Shown in pieces: positions 24,001 to 34,779 of a DNA stretch of 64,000 nt; position 1 is the stretch's first letter; each line of letters begins with the position of its first letter. The position numbers were made by a program, and so were the translations under genes. The notes below the pieces were generated by a model. It was not told the origin of the DNA. It ran no database searches and saw only the letters and a program-made list of their open reading frames with translations. The stretch is from Emiliania huxleyi CCMP1516 (Eukaryota). The stretch is from positions 408,564 to 472,563 of the forward strand of contig NW_005201092.1 of the NCBI RefSeq assembly GCF_000372725.1, written 5' to 3'.

Positions 24001-26134
24001 GGGAAGGCTCCAGGCAACCTCTGCCCGGCACGTAGAGTGCGCCGATGCGTGTGTCGACTCCGCAGGTGTAGGGCACGACAGCCGGGCACGACTTGCACGC
24101 CTTGGTGGAGGCCTGGGCCTCCCCTAGGACGAGGAAGAAGTCCTCGTCGCACACGTCGCACGCCGTGGACCCTTGGCCGTACGTCGTCGTGCCGTCGTTG
24201 CAAGGGTCGGGGACGGTGCTGCCCGCCGGGCAAGTGAAGCCGACCGGGCACTGCGTGCACTCGTCCTCCTTCGTCAGGTTCGTCGCGGCCGAGTACGAGC
24301 CCTCGGGGCACGGCCGAGGCACGCTCGTCCCCTCCGGGCAGAAGTTGCCCTCGGTGCACGGGCGAGGCTCCGTCGTGGCTGTCTCGGGGCACCGCTGGCC
24401 TGCGGGGCAGAGGCCGGCGCAGACGCCTGACCTCTGGTCCTCGGCATCGCTCGAGCCTAGAATGCCGGGGGCGCAGGCGTATGGCAGGTCGACATCGAGG
24501 GCAGAGGTCGGCACCTGGTACAGAGATACGCCGAGCAGCGCGGGCGTCGCCTCCCAGTTGCAGGGCTGAACAAAGGCGACGGGGAACTGTTTGCACTCGT
24601 TGTTCTGCGCGTCCGTCTCGGTCTTGCACTTGTCGAATAAAGCCCGGCAGACGGCGTCACAGTCGGCAGGAAGCTGCCGGTAGATCTCGCATCTCGAGTG
24701 CGGGATCCAATACCCGGGAGGCAAAGGCAGGCGGTAGGACACCTCGGGCGAGCCGCCGAATGCGATCGAGCTCCCTTGGCTTGCCGTTCCGCTCTCCAGA
24801 AGGGTCCCGTTCTCCAGCGCCAGACGGCCGGTCGAAATGTAAATCAGGCCGCCTTCCTCGGTGGCAGTGCTGTCTGCGAGACGGACCCGGTTCAGCGTGG
24901 TCTCGCTGTCCGTCCCACCGTCAATGTGCAGAGCCCCACCCTTGACTGCGCTGCAGCCGGTAATGTTGACCTCGCTCAGCTCCACCTCGGGAACCTTGAC
25001 AATCCTGATGGCCCCGCCCAAGCCCTTGGCGTTCTCGCCTTCTGTACCAATCCCAGTGCTGCAGCGCGTTATCTCCACCGACTCCAGTCGCAAGCTGCCC
25101 TTGGCGGCGTAAATGGCTCCTCCGGAATTCCCAGCGTAGCAGTCCTGTATGCGAACGTCACGCAAGCTCGCGTCAGAATTTTCCATACGGACCGCACCGC
25201 CATCAGCTTCCGCCCGGCAATTCGCCAAGACGAGCCCTTCCAATTGGAGCGTTGCCTCGTTTCTCAGGATAAAGAGGCTGTCCAGCGCGTCGGTGCCGTC
25301 GATGGTGGCGCCAGTGATGCTGCCTGAGCTGCGGATGGTGACGTTTATTCCGTCAAGGACGAGAGACTGGCTGAGCCTGACGTTCGCGCCGGGCTGCAGG
25401 TAGATGTCCGTCATGCCTCCCTCGACGGCCAGCTGTAAGGCGGCGTTGCCACTCACAAAGACCTCGCCCGGAGAGAGCGGAAGGAGGGGCGGCAACGGCG
25501 GCGGCTTTGGTGGGTATGGAACTGGCGGTGGCGCTGGTGGCGGCGGTGGCGACGGTGGCAACGGTGGGGGCGCCGGTGGGGACGGGACGGCGGGCGGAAG
25601 CGGGTTGCTGAGACGAGTGTAAGCGTTCTCAGGCCCGCCACAGTCGGTGCAGTCGGTGCCGGGAGCGCAAGCCGAGTTGGTCGAGCCTTGCTCGCCATCG
25701 TCGCATGAACCGTCATTGCTGAATTGGCACGAGTCTGAACAGCCCGGCGGAGGCGACGGCGGCGGCGGCGGTGGCGATGAAGGTGGCGGGCTCGGAGGAG
25801 GAGGCGACGGTGGCGGTGAAGGTGGTGGCGGCGACGGCGGCGGTGGGAGCGGCGGAGGCGAGGGCGGCAGCGGTGGGTGCGGCGACGTTGGCGGCGGACT
25901 TGTCGGCGGTGGCGACGGCGACGGTGACAAGGGCGGCGGCGGGCTTGGTGGCGGCGGGCTGGGCGGCGGTGGCGATGGCGGCGGTGGCGACGGCGGCACC
26001 GGGCTTGGTGGCGGCGGTGATGGCGGCGGCGGTGACGGTGGCGGTGGCGACGGCGGCGGCGGGGACGGCGGCGGCGGCGAGGGCGTCGGCGGTGGCAGGG
26101 AAGCGAGAGCACAAAGAGACAGGGCGGCCAACAT
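21072..26134 (-). CDS. Receptor-like protein, copy A: signal peptide, Pro-rich stalk, Cys domain, GGA beta-helix repeats, Cys-rich (GCC2/3-like) repeats, ~8-9 TM helices, TIR plus degenerate second TIR
   Basis: MLAALSLCALASL; (SPPPP)n; CSDSC..DGSCDDG..GTDCTDCG; DGGAV/SGGAI/LGGAI repeats; CPAGQRCP/CPEGSYS; FYWEPLDLVRKL; WHLFLSHIWSTGQD..VFLDVDDL..VLLFLSRGYLRSLNCQREV. The last exon VSHMLLAKDLG..GADV* ends at 21072. Confidence 0.88.
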
Positions 26135-26565
26135 GGGACGCCCTGCCAGCCCTTGTGGCGGCTGTGGAATCCTAACACGCAATTTGCTGCTGGCATCCAT
26201 TTCTTTCCTGCGCGCCAGTTCGCACCTGTGTCGAGCCTGTCTGCTGTGAGAGAGAGTTGTTTTGTTTAAATTCTTTCCTGATTTTGTGTAAACTTCCGAA
26301 ATTTCAACTTTTGGACAGTGCACATGCGTGTCGCGCACTCATTCATGACCGATCTCAATGTCCCATCCCCCTTCTAGGCCCGCGGGTAGTAGTCTCCCCC
26401 CATCCCCAGGGCCTCCAGGGCTCGAGCACCTCAACCTCTCATAGACCAGCGCACAGCGCCAGAGGACGTATTTTCTTCTCAATAACAAGGTCTGTGAACA
26501 GCGCCCAGCCAAAAAACAAATCCAGGCGCGCAAATCACGAATGGTGAGTGCTCACGGTGTGGCCG

Positions 26566-27285
26566 ATGCGCTCGTTGTCTTCCGACGATTCGTGCTCTGA
26601 AGACGGCGACGAGAAGCAAGCTCCCGCACGCGGAGAGCCACGCACAGAGGTTCGGCGTCTGCACGCCCGCCGTGTCTACACCGCCGCGTCGTCGCCTCCG
26701 AATCACACGGGGGCGGCCCTGCGGTCAGTTGTGGAGAGTGTGCGCCGAGACTGCCAAATGGCGGATCTGGTCGTCGAGCGCTTCCAACGTGTGTCCGACG
26801 AGTACTGGCGGGATATCGACCGGGCAGGCGTCGGCGAAGACTCCTACGATCTGTGCGTGGAGTACCTCTCTCGCTTCCAAGAGGCGCTGAAGGAGCTGGG
26901 GATGGTCGGCATCGAGGACCCTCCCGCAGCGGCCGGCTTTGCGGACTGCACGATCCTCGCCGAGGTCAGCGCGGCGCGCCGCAGTCTCGCTCAAGCGACA
27001 GGCAGGTGTCGCGCCGCCGTCAGCCGCATCGCAGAGACCCTCGCCCGCGCCCATGCGGACGACGAGGATGGCACGCGGGACGGCGCCCAGACCGGTGCAC
27101 TTGGCGTGGCTGGCGGCGCTGATTGCGCTGGCGGCGCTGGCGGCGCTGGCGCAAGCAGCGCTCGCGGCGCGTCGCCCGTGCTGCAACTCGCGGCCCTGCT
27201 GGAGGGGGCGACGATGGGCGAGATGCAGATCGACCCCCCCGCCGCGGGCGGCACGGTTCTGCCGCCTGAGATGGCGCTCGACTGA
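26566..27285 (+). CDS. Hypothetical helical protein, divergent from the receptor gene, copy A
   Basis: Intronless ~239-aa ORF, open in both copies, with coding-like composition (DEYWRDIDRAGVGEDSYDLCVEYLSRFQEALKELG). Confidence 0.55.
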   Translation: MRSLSSDDSCSEDGDEKQAPARGEPRTEVRRLHARRVYTAASSPPNHTGAALRSVVESVRRDCQMADLVVERFQRVSDEYWRDIDRAGVGEDSYDLCVEYLSRFQEALKELGMVGIEDPPAAAGFADCTILAEVSAARRSLAQATGRCRAAVSRIAETLARAHADDEDGTRDGAQTGALGVAGGADCAGGAGGAGASSARGASPVLQLAALLEGATMGEMQIDPPAAGGTVLPPEMALD

Positions 27286-27661
27286 GGAGCATGAGATGTG
27301 TGATGCGTCGCGGGCGATCGAGTACTGCCCTGGTACTGCCCGTATAATGGCGCCAGGCTTCACGCGCGCGTCACACTCCTCACACGGCACACACGCGCGC
27401 GGCGCGGGGCGGGCGCGGCTTGCTAGATGCTACTAAAAACTGGCATCTACTCAGCCACAATCAGAGGCGAGTCATCGCCTATCGATTCGTCACGCATAGA
27501 AGATATATAGACACGAGAGCCCATTGAAGAGCAAAATTTCAAAATGCATGCAATGAGCGCATCACATATCACAGTGAGTTCAACTCCCGTCTCCCGTCTC
27601 CGGACTCCGCCCCGCCGTGCTACACTTGCTAGATCACCTCCGCGGCGGAGCGGACACTACA

Positions 27662-28710
27662 CTACTTGCGTGCGAGCTGTACTCGCTCTACACCCACGCA
27701 CATCGCCGCATCGACCGACTCAGAAAAGCCCTTCCAAAACAGCCCCGTGTTCTCGCGGATTATCGACGGGAACTGTTTGCGGTCCTGGTAGAACGAGCCG
27801 CGCATGGTTGCGTCGCCCGGACTCGACAGCCCTGGGTCGGTCAGCAAGCACCCGCCCAGCTGCGAGCAGACAGCCTGCAGCCGCCTGTCTACGGGCGTGC
27901 TGCCCGACCTATTCACACCGGGCACAGCGAGGGGCTTGAAACGCCGCCGCCCCACACTGCCGCCGGCCAACTAGCAACTTGGCGCGGGGCTATACTCCCC
28001 GCGCGCATGCCAAAGCAGCGAGGCTGAAACCTCGCGGCAATCTCGACTCACCTCGGCTCACCTCGGCTCACATCTCAGCTCATCTCAGCTCACTTCTCAG
28101 CTCACATTCTCGGCTCCTCTCTCTGGCGCGCGCACCACCCCCCAAAACTGCGAGTCGCCCTCAGCAGCTGCTTTGCCATCGCCGGCCGCACCTGTTCACA
28201 GCGACGCGGCGTGAAGAGACGCCGTTCACGGGGGAAGGGGGGGGGGGGCGCTTAACGCCTGACGGACGGTCTCACGTGAAGGACGGCCGGCGCTTGCCCG
28301 AGCGCCTCTCCTCCGCCACCGCAACACGCACCGCAAAGGCGTGCGTCGCGAAGCCGCTGTACCTGGCGGCCACGGGGGGGTGAGGGGGGGGGGGAGTGGT
28401 GAGCGAGGCATGGAGTGGTGCGTTGACATGGCGCGGCCGCAGCTAATTTCGGCTGATCTCGCGGCCGCCTGCAGTAGTTTCCCCCACGCCCGCCGCCCGG
28501 GCCGCCGCCCGCGCCGCCGCCCGCGCCGCTCCCGCCGGGCCGGACGAGGCGGGGTGCGGTGCCCTTCCTCCTCGTCAGATCTGACGGCCGGGCCGTCGAG
28601 GCAGTGGCTTCCCCCCGCTCGGCCCTGGGCTCGGCCTCGGGGCAGGCGAGCGGGCGGAGGGAGGCGTTGCTACCCGCCGCGAGACTGCTGCAGCGTCGTT
28701 GACTGGGGCA
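27662..28710 (-). pseudogene. 5'-truncated copy of the GT25-like glycosyltransferase (3' exons only)
   Basis: Exons YSGFATHAFA|VRPAMAKQLL and GSTPVDRRLQ..FYQDRKQFPSII match 43739-44810. The upstream exons are missing at the duplication junction. Confidence 0.6.
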
Positions 28711-28949
28711 GGAGGGGGGGGGGGGGGGTTGGAGTTTTCGACGGTTGGGTGGTGACAAGACCCTTGCGGGAATCAGATGTCCCCAACTACCAACGGTCGT
28801 GGTTGGTCGCAAAAGAAAAAGCGCCGTTCACGTAAACGGCGTCGAGAAGCCCGCCGATTTTGATCGACAATCGCGAGATCGACCGCCGTCGTCAAGACAG
28901 GCTCTCTCCCTTCCTCTCGTCCATCCTCTCCTCTCTCCTCTCCGGCATC

Positions 28950-31196
28950 ATGGCAGTCGATATGTCAGCTGGGAGAGACGACGGCCCCGTGTCCCAGCTC
29001 GGACGGAGGCTCAGTGGGATGTGGGGCGACAATGAGCCGCCCACAGAGGCCAAGAAGTGGCTGAAGCACAAGGCGGCGATCGGCAAGCGCAGCACCACGG
29101 AGAAGATGAATCGCGCAATCTTTCTCAAAAACCATAAGGTGCTCTCCTTCCCCGAAGCCAAGGCGAGCGACGCGTTCAAGGCGTACCTCAAAGCAGAGGA
29201 GGTGTTCCTAAAGACCGAGGAGTGCCTCCTCGCCAGCTACGCCGAGCTGGTGGCCTTCCAGGCGCCTCTCCCGCCAGCCACGCCGTGACTCGCAATCCTT
29301 CTCCTGAGATCTCGATCCCTGCCCGGCGCCAGGCGGGCCTCAGTCCCTTCGCAGCGAGCTTGGCTGCCGGCGCGCGTGCCTTTGCGGTGGACGGCGCGCT
29401 TGGTCCCTCGCTGGCGCCCTCTGGCTCCGCCGCCTTCTCCACCGCCATGAGCGCGGCGGAGCTCGCCTTCAAGACGAAACTGGCAGACGCGATGGCCGCG
29501 CCAGCCTAGATGCGGAAGCAGAGGCGCTCCCCAGATCTCCCCATATCTCGAGGCCTGGCGCGGGAGCATAACCCGTGTGTCCAAACTGGCGCTCGAGACG
29601 ACGCGTGGGCGCGGCGGCATCCCCGCTGTCGTCAGCGGCATTCGTAGCCCTCGCATTCACGCGATGCTCTGAGTACACCGCTCGACGCCGCACTCCCACC
29701 TCCCCACCACCACCACCACGCTAAAGTGCTCATGGCTGTGTAGGAGACGGCCATCCTGCCGGCGGTACGGCGCAAGGCCACCGCGATGGCCGCCGTCCGG
29801 CGCCCTAGATGCAGACGAGACGCGCCCGTGCGTTGCGGCTAGCAGTCGAAAGGCGTCACGGCCTCGGGAGATTACCCGAGATTACCCGAGATTACCCGAG
29901 CGGCTAGCAGTCGACAGGCGTCACGGCCTCGGGAGATTACCCGAGATTACCCGAGATTACCCGAGCGGCTAGCAGTCGAAAGGCGTCACGGCCTCGGGAG
30001 ATTACCCGAGATTACCCGAGATTACCCGAGCGGCTAGCAGTCGACAGGCGTCACGGCCTCGGGAGATTACCCGAGATTACCCGAGATTACCCGAGCGGCT
30101 AGCAGTCGACAGGCGTCACGGCCTCGGGAGATTACCCGAGATTACCCGAGATTACCCGAGCGGCTAGCAGTCGACAGGCGTTACGGCCTCGGCTGCCTTC
30201 AGCTGTGTTCGCTGCGCGCGTGGCCCGTGACACTCAATGCGCCGCGAGTGCACTGCAGACTCCGCGCTGCCCGCCCGCTGCACTAGGTGTGGCAGCACAT
30301 CTCGGAGCTGCAGGTGCGTACCAGCAACCACCCTCCTCCTCACTAGCAGTTGTGAGCACCACACGGCTTGTCACCATCGGCTGTTCGGAGCGCAGGTGCT
30401 GAAGCTGAACGCAGACTATTACGCGGACAAGTACCAGAGGCTGCAGGAGAAGGCGGGCACGCAGCAGGCCAGCAAGAGATCACCCGAGATCACCCGAGAT
30501 CACCCGAGATCACCCGAGATCACCCGAGCCAAGCAGCCGCGAGACGGATACACCGCGGTGTACCTTACCTCGGCTGCACCTCGGCTATACCCCGGCTAAT
30601 CTCGGCTAATCACGGCTAATCTCGGCTAACCTCGGCAGGCCAAGCTCGACGACAACCGCGAGAAGAGCGAGGCGGCGTCGGCGGCGTGGGACGAGGCGTC
30701 GGCCGCGCTGCTGGTCGTATTTCAGGGCTACGCGGCCATCGGCACCCCTCTGGTCCGCCGTAAGCTCTCCTTCACACCCTCCCTCCTCTACGCGCCTCTC
30801 TTTTCTTTTCGTAGGCAACACTCTGCTCTGCCGCGAGTTCGAGCTGCTGAAGAGCGCGCAGGCAGAGGGCAGCAGTAGCCAGCAGCCCGTTGCTCTAAAG
30901 GTGCTGCCCGGGCCCGCGCCTGAGCAAAAACATCCGGACGCCCACAGGCGGAGGCATACGAGGCCATGTCGGCCGAGGTGGCCGCGCTGGAGCTGCAGCG
31001 CCCCAAGTACCAGGACGAGAGACCCGACGTCGAGCTGCCGGAAGTTGGAGGCGGGACAGTCGGCCTCGCTTCGCTCGCCCGCGCCTCCAGCGCGGCGTCG
31101 GAGCCCGACGAGGCCGCGCCACCGCTCTCTCCGCGGGCGGTAGAGGGGGAGGGGGGGGACTCGCCTTCCAACCCGACTCCGGTCGAGTTGAGCTGA
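28950..31196 (+). CDS. BAR-domain-like protein, copy B (open where A has a stop)
   Basis: Same exons as copy A. It reads AKLDDNREKSEAASAAWDEASAALLVVFQGYAAIG, with TGG at 30687-30689. Confidence 0.55.
29835..30190 (+). repeat. 65-bp composite minisatellite, 5 full units (2 in copy A at ~10050-10210)
   Basis: Unit GCGGCTAGCAGTCGA(A/C)AGGCGTCACGGCCTCGG(GAGATTACCC)3GA starts at 29835, 29900, 29965, 30030 and 30095. Confidence 0.92.
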
Positions 31197-33457
31197 GATG
31201 CCTTTGGTTTCGGCGGTGGCTTACGTGGGAAAACGGTGGTGTTTCCGGCTGTGCCCGGACGGTACGTACGTTGGAGCGGGTGACAAATCTACAATGTGCA
31301 TGATCCTGTTCCGACGACGCGGTTTTTCTTTTTCTTGTGCGCGATACATCCTGCAGGTGTGTATGTCCGCCTCCAGCCCCCCCCCCTGGCAGCCGCCCCC
31401 GCCGGGTTGTTGTGCAGTATATGGGCCACGATGTCTCAAATATGAAGGGGTTTTGACTCCTACCGCGTACCGGCTCCTGTCACTCTCCTGTGTCCTGACG
31501 CTATCCCTGGCAGCTCTAATGACCAGGATCAGTAGTGTTGTGATAGAGGGTGCCCATACTAGCGCAGGAGCTGCCACACTCGCCCGGACCGTCCCCTTCT
31601 GGGGCCGGTTCCGCAGCCCGCGAGAGCCGACAGCGGGGCCGTGCCGCGGGTGCCTACTGCCGAGTGCCACAAACACTGCGCCGTCCCGCCATCACCTACA
31701 GGCTGTCTTTGTGATGGTTGGGATGTCCAAACGCCACCATCTTGTGGCTCTTGCGACCTCAAACCCGCGAGCTGCATGCGTGGTCGTGACGTCGACAGAC
31801 GCCCGATGACCACGGTGAAGCTGAGCCGGAACGAGTCGATAAATCTCGTCTGAGCCCGTGGCGGTCGCCGGCTGAGTCGCTGTGCACGGGCCGGTACCTC
31901 AGGCGTCACCTCCGCAGCCTCAGGTCTCACACTCCATCACCTCCGACGGGACGCCTTCGGTGGCACGCTAGTTTGCGTGCAAATTTGCTGCAAATTTGAC
32001 ATTTCAAATCCATAAGAGCGTGACACTATGGATTCCGGGTGACACAGGTTTCACGGACACAGTCACCTTGCCTCGGACAGCGCGGCTCTACTTGCTATCG
32101 AGACGAGCAGAGGGCACACAGCACATGCTACATGTGCAACATGTACATGTACATGTTGTGCATGTGCATGTTGTGATGATGCGGCGCCGATGGGGGCAGA
32201 TACCAGGACGAGGACGACCGGTGAGCGGCATGTGTGCAAGTCATGCGAACGCCGCGTTGCCCAGCCCCACGAGGGGCGCTCTTTCAGGAGACAGGCCCCA
32301 GCGTAGCCTGGCGCGAGTGCAGCCAGGGTCCTACTCTTGTGCACAAGTATTACTATGGCATATGCCAGCAAATAAGACAGCAATTGCAGCAAATTTGACA
32401 AATCTTATGGTTTTCGAGTGACAGTATGGATTCCGGGTGACACAGGTTCAGCGGGCGCTGTGGCGCTGCGGCGCCGTCTCCCCGCCCTGTCCACGGAGCA
32501 GGCGCGCGGCGGCACGGCCCTCCACCGGCTGCGGGAGGTGCGCACTTCCCAGTGGAAGCACCAGATGCTCCCTCAGCACACGCAGCTGTGCGCAGCGCAG
32601 CGCAGGGGCCACGCCACGCAAAGCCGACCCTCAGTCTGGCCGAGAGGCTGTCTGCGGAAGGCCTGGCAAGCGCGCACTCGCCTCCTCCGCGGCCATGCCC
32701 TCCGCCCGGGCGAGCGAGCAACACAAGAGTGGAGGCGGATCGCCATACTGTTGTGGCCTAAAGTCTGCGCACAGGTTGTGAGGATCACGATGCCGGCGTG
32801 ACCAAAAAACTGACGGATCCGCTCCTGACAGTGGCATGCACCGCGCTGCGGCGCGTGCCACTGACCACTGTCTTTGTTTGAAGTTAAAAGTCGAATCAGA
32901 GCGCCGTCGGCGCTGATCCTTGTTTTCCTCCCACGGACCAGTCCGGGACCGCTCCGGGACGCACGCCGGCGAACGAAGCACCATCAAGCTGCTGTACGGC
33001 CCCGGCATCGCCTTCCCAGGCTTAGCTAGACTGAGAGATATTGTGGACATGATTGGTCTCAATATATACACTGACACTGAACCTCGCCCAGAGCTCGTCC
33101 CGGTCCGTCACGGCCATCCTCGGCCTCCGGAGGGCCCCCGGCCGCGGCGCGGTGCGGCGGCGTCACAAATCCGACCACAGAGCACCGGGACGCGGTCGGG
33201 CGATCTGAGGCCCAACTAGGCGTATGCATTGCCCATCCAGGGCTATCATCTGGACCTATCAACAGGCGCCTGCGGCGCCGTGCTCAGGAGCTGCTGCTCC
33301 AATCTGTTCACACTTTCGTACGGCACAGTACTCGACCCGCATTTTTTTCTTTTGGAAGGTACTGTTGTGAAAACGAAGCTGTTGCGAAACCGAAGCCCGG
33401 TCGTGTACCTCCGCCGCCCGCGGGCCGGATTACCGCGCTTCACACGGGCGGGCCCTA

Positions 33458-34429
33458 CTCGCTTAGTGTGGGTAAACCATAATACCAGGTACGGTACTAT
33501 GAACAGAGTAGCCCATAAAAGTCGCCGCGGCAGATAACGCCGAGCCGGCCTGCTGCCGGCTCGCACGGCAGCCTTTTCCTCTCGACCAGCCTCAACTTCC
33601 GTACAGTCAACATTTTGTCGCTGCGTGCTCGTGGCGAGCTGTGGCGGCGGTCGAAGTTGGCCCAGATTCGACGACGAGCGCCGGACGATAGTACCGCCTC
33701 TGTTCGCCCTGTGCATGTCAGGCCAGGCTGCAGCAGGGCACTACCAACGTGCTGCCCTGCTGCAGCCTGACCTTGCCCACTGTGCACAGCCGCCAGAGCA
33801 CCACCACCGCCCGGCATCGTGTCACGGCGAGCTCCTTCTGCGCCCCCCGGCATCGTGTCACGGCGAGCTCCTTCTGCGCCCGCTCGCGAGGCTCTCGCGC
33901 TGGCACACTTTGGCCATCTGCTGCTCGCGTTCGGCGAGCTCTTCTCCGCAATCCTGCCACGGTGCCGCCACCACACACCTTCTGGCCGGCCTGAGCCGCG
34001 CGGACTCGCCGGCGGGGGCAACGTGTCGACCTCTCTCTCTGGTGCACCACGGGCCGCAACGGCCTGCTAGCAGCGTGCGCGAGGAGGCAGTGTGCCGGCA
34101 CAGTCGAGCCGGAGCATCGGGTTCTTGATGCTTGTGGGGTCGAGTTTGACCTTATGTGGCATAATATGCAACAATAAGGCTATGCTATCTCCCGGCTTTT
34201 TGAGATATGATCCCTCAAAGTCGAATTATGGTTTAAACTGGTGACCATAGTACCGTCTGTCTTGTTTGCGTTTCTTCCAACGAATACTTTAAAGTCTCGA
34301 CAATCACTAAGCTGCTTATGTGGCACCGCAGAGGCTCCCTTGGGGATGCCTGAGGCCACCCCAACCACTCACCAAGCCTTCCGTGGACGAATTCAAACCT
34401 ACTTTTATGGTTTACCCACACTAAGCGAG
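33458..34429. mobile_element. Non-autonomous DNA transposon (MITE-like), 25-bp TIRs, TA flanks
   Basis: TA|CTCGCTTAGTGTGGGTAAACCATAA at 33456-33482 and TTATGGTTTACCCACACTAAGCGAG|TA at 34405-34431. Copy A keeps only the right TIR (~15806-15832). Confidence 0.8.
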
Positions 34430-34779
34430 TACCGCTACCTCACTTGTAGTGAGCGTCGGGCTGGTGGTTCGACACCGAGTTTGAAAGATCTGTTTCTCTA
34501 CGTCTCTCTTCACAGGAAAATACTGTGAAGAAAAGCGGAGAAAAAAACAGAAACCTTTTCTGCCTCGGCCTTAGCCGTCGGTACTCCGAAAGCGTGCTAT
34601 CCAAGTAGCACGCAGCCGGGTCCCGAAGGTGTCCCATCCCAAATTCGTGCTGTCGACAGACCAGATTCGTGGTCCCTTGGTCGACTACACCCGCCTTTGG
34701 ACGGTAGCCCGACACAATACATTTGTCTGTCTTTTTGGAATTTTTGGTTCGCTTACCCCTTGAGTCGCAGACCTCGGAT

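Larger units (their letters stand above)
9046..28710 (+). repeat. Segmental tandem duplication, copy A
   Basis: Colinear and near-identical to 28830-44810, apart from A-only segments 11995-13877 and ~18294-20942. Confidence 0.95.

Noticed and set aside
21275..26338. 1687-aa ORF taken as an intronless gene
   Set aside because: It reads through at least two probable in-frame introns (~23740-23905, which is out of frame in copy B, and ~23975-24043) and misses the last exon.
27617..28027. Plus-strand 136-aa ORF present in both copies (also 43694-44104)
   Set aside because: It is antisense to GT25-like exons that carry recognisable motifs and acceptor signals.
29835..30190. Repeat-spacer look resembling a CRISPR array (also 1153-1380)
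   Set aside because: The spacers are identical microsatellites, there are no cas genes, and the context is a eukaryotic intron.
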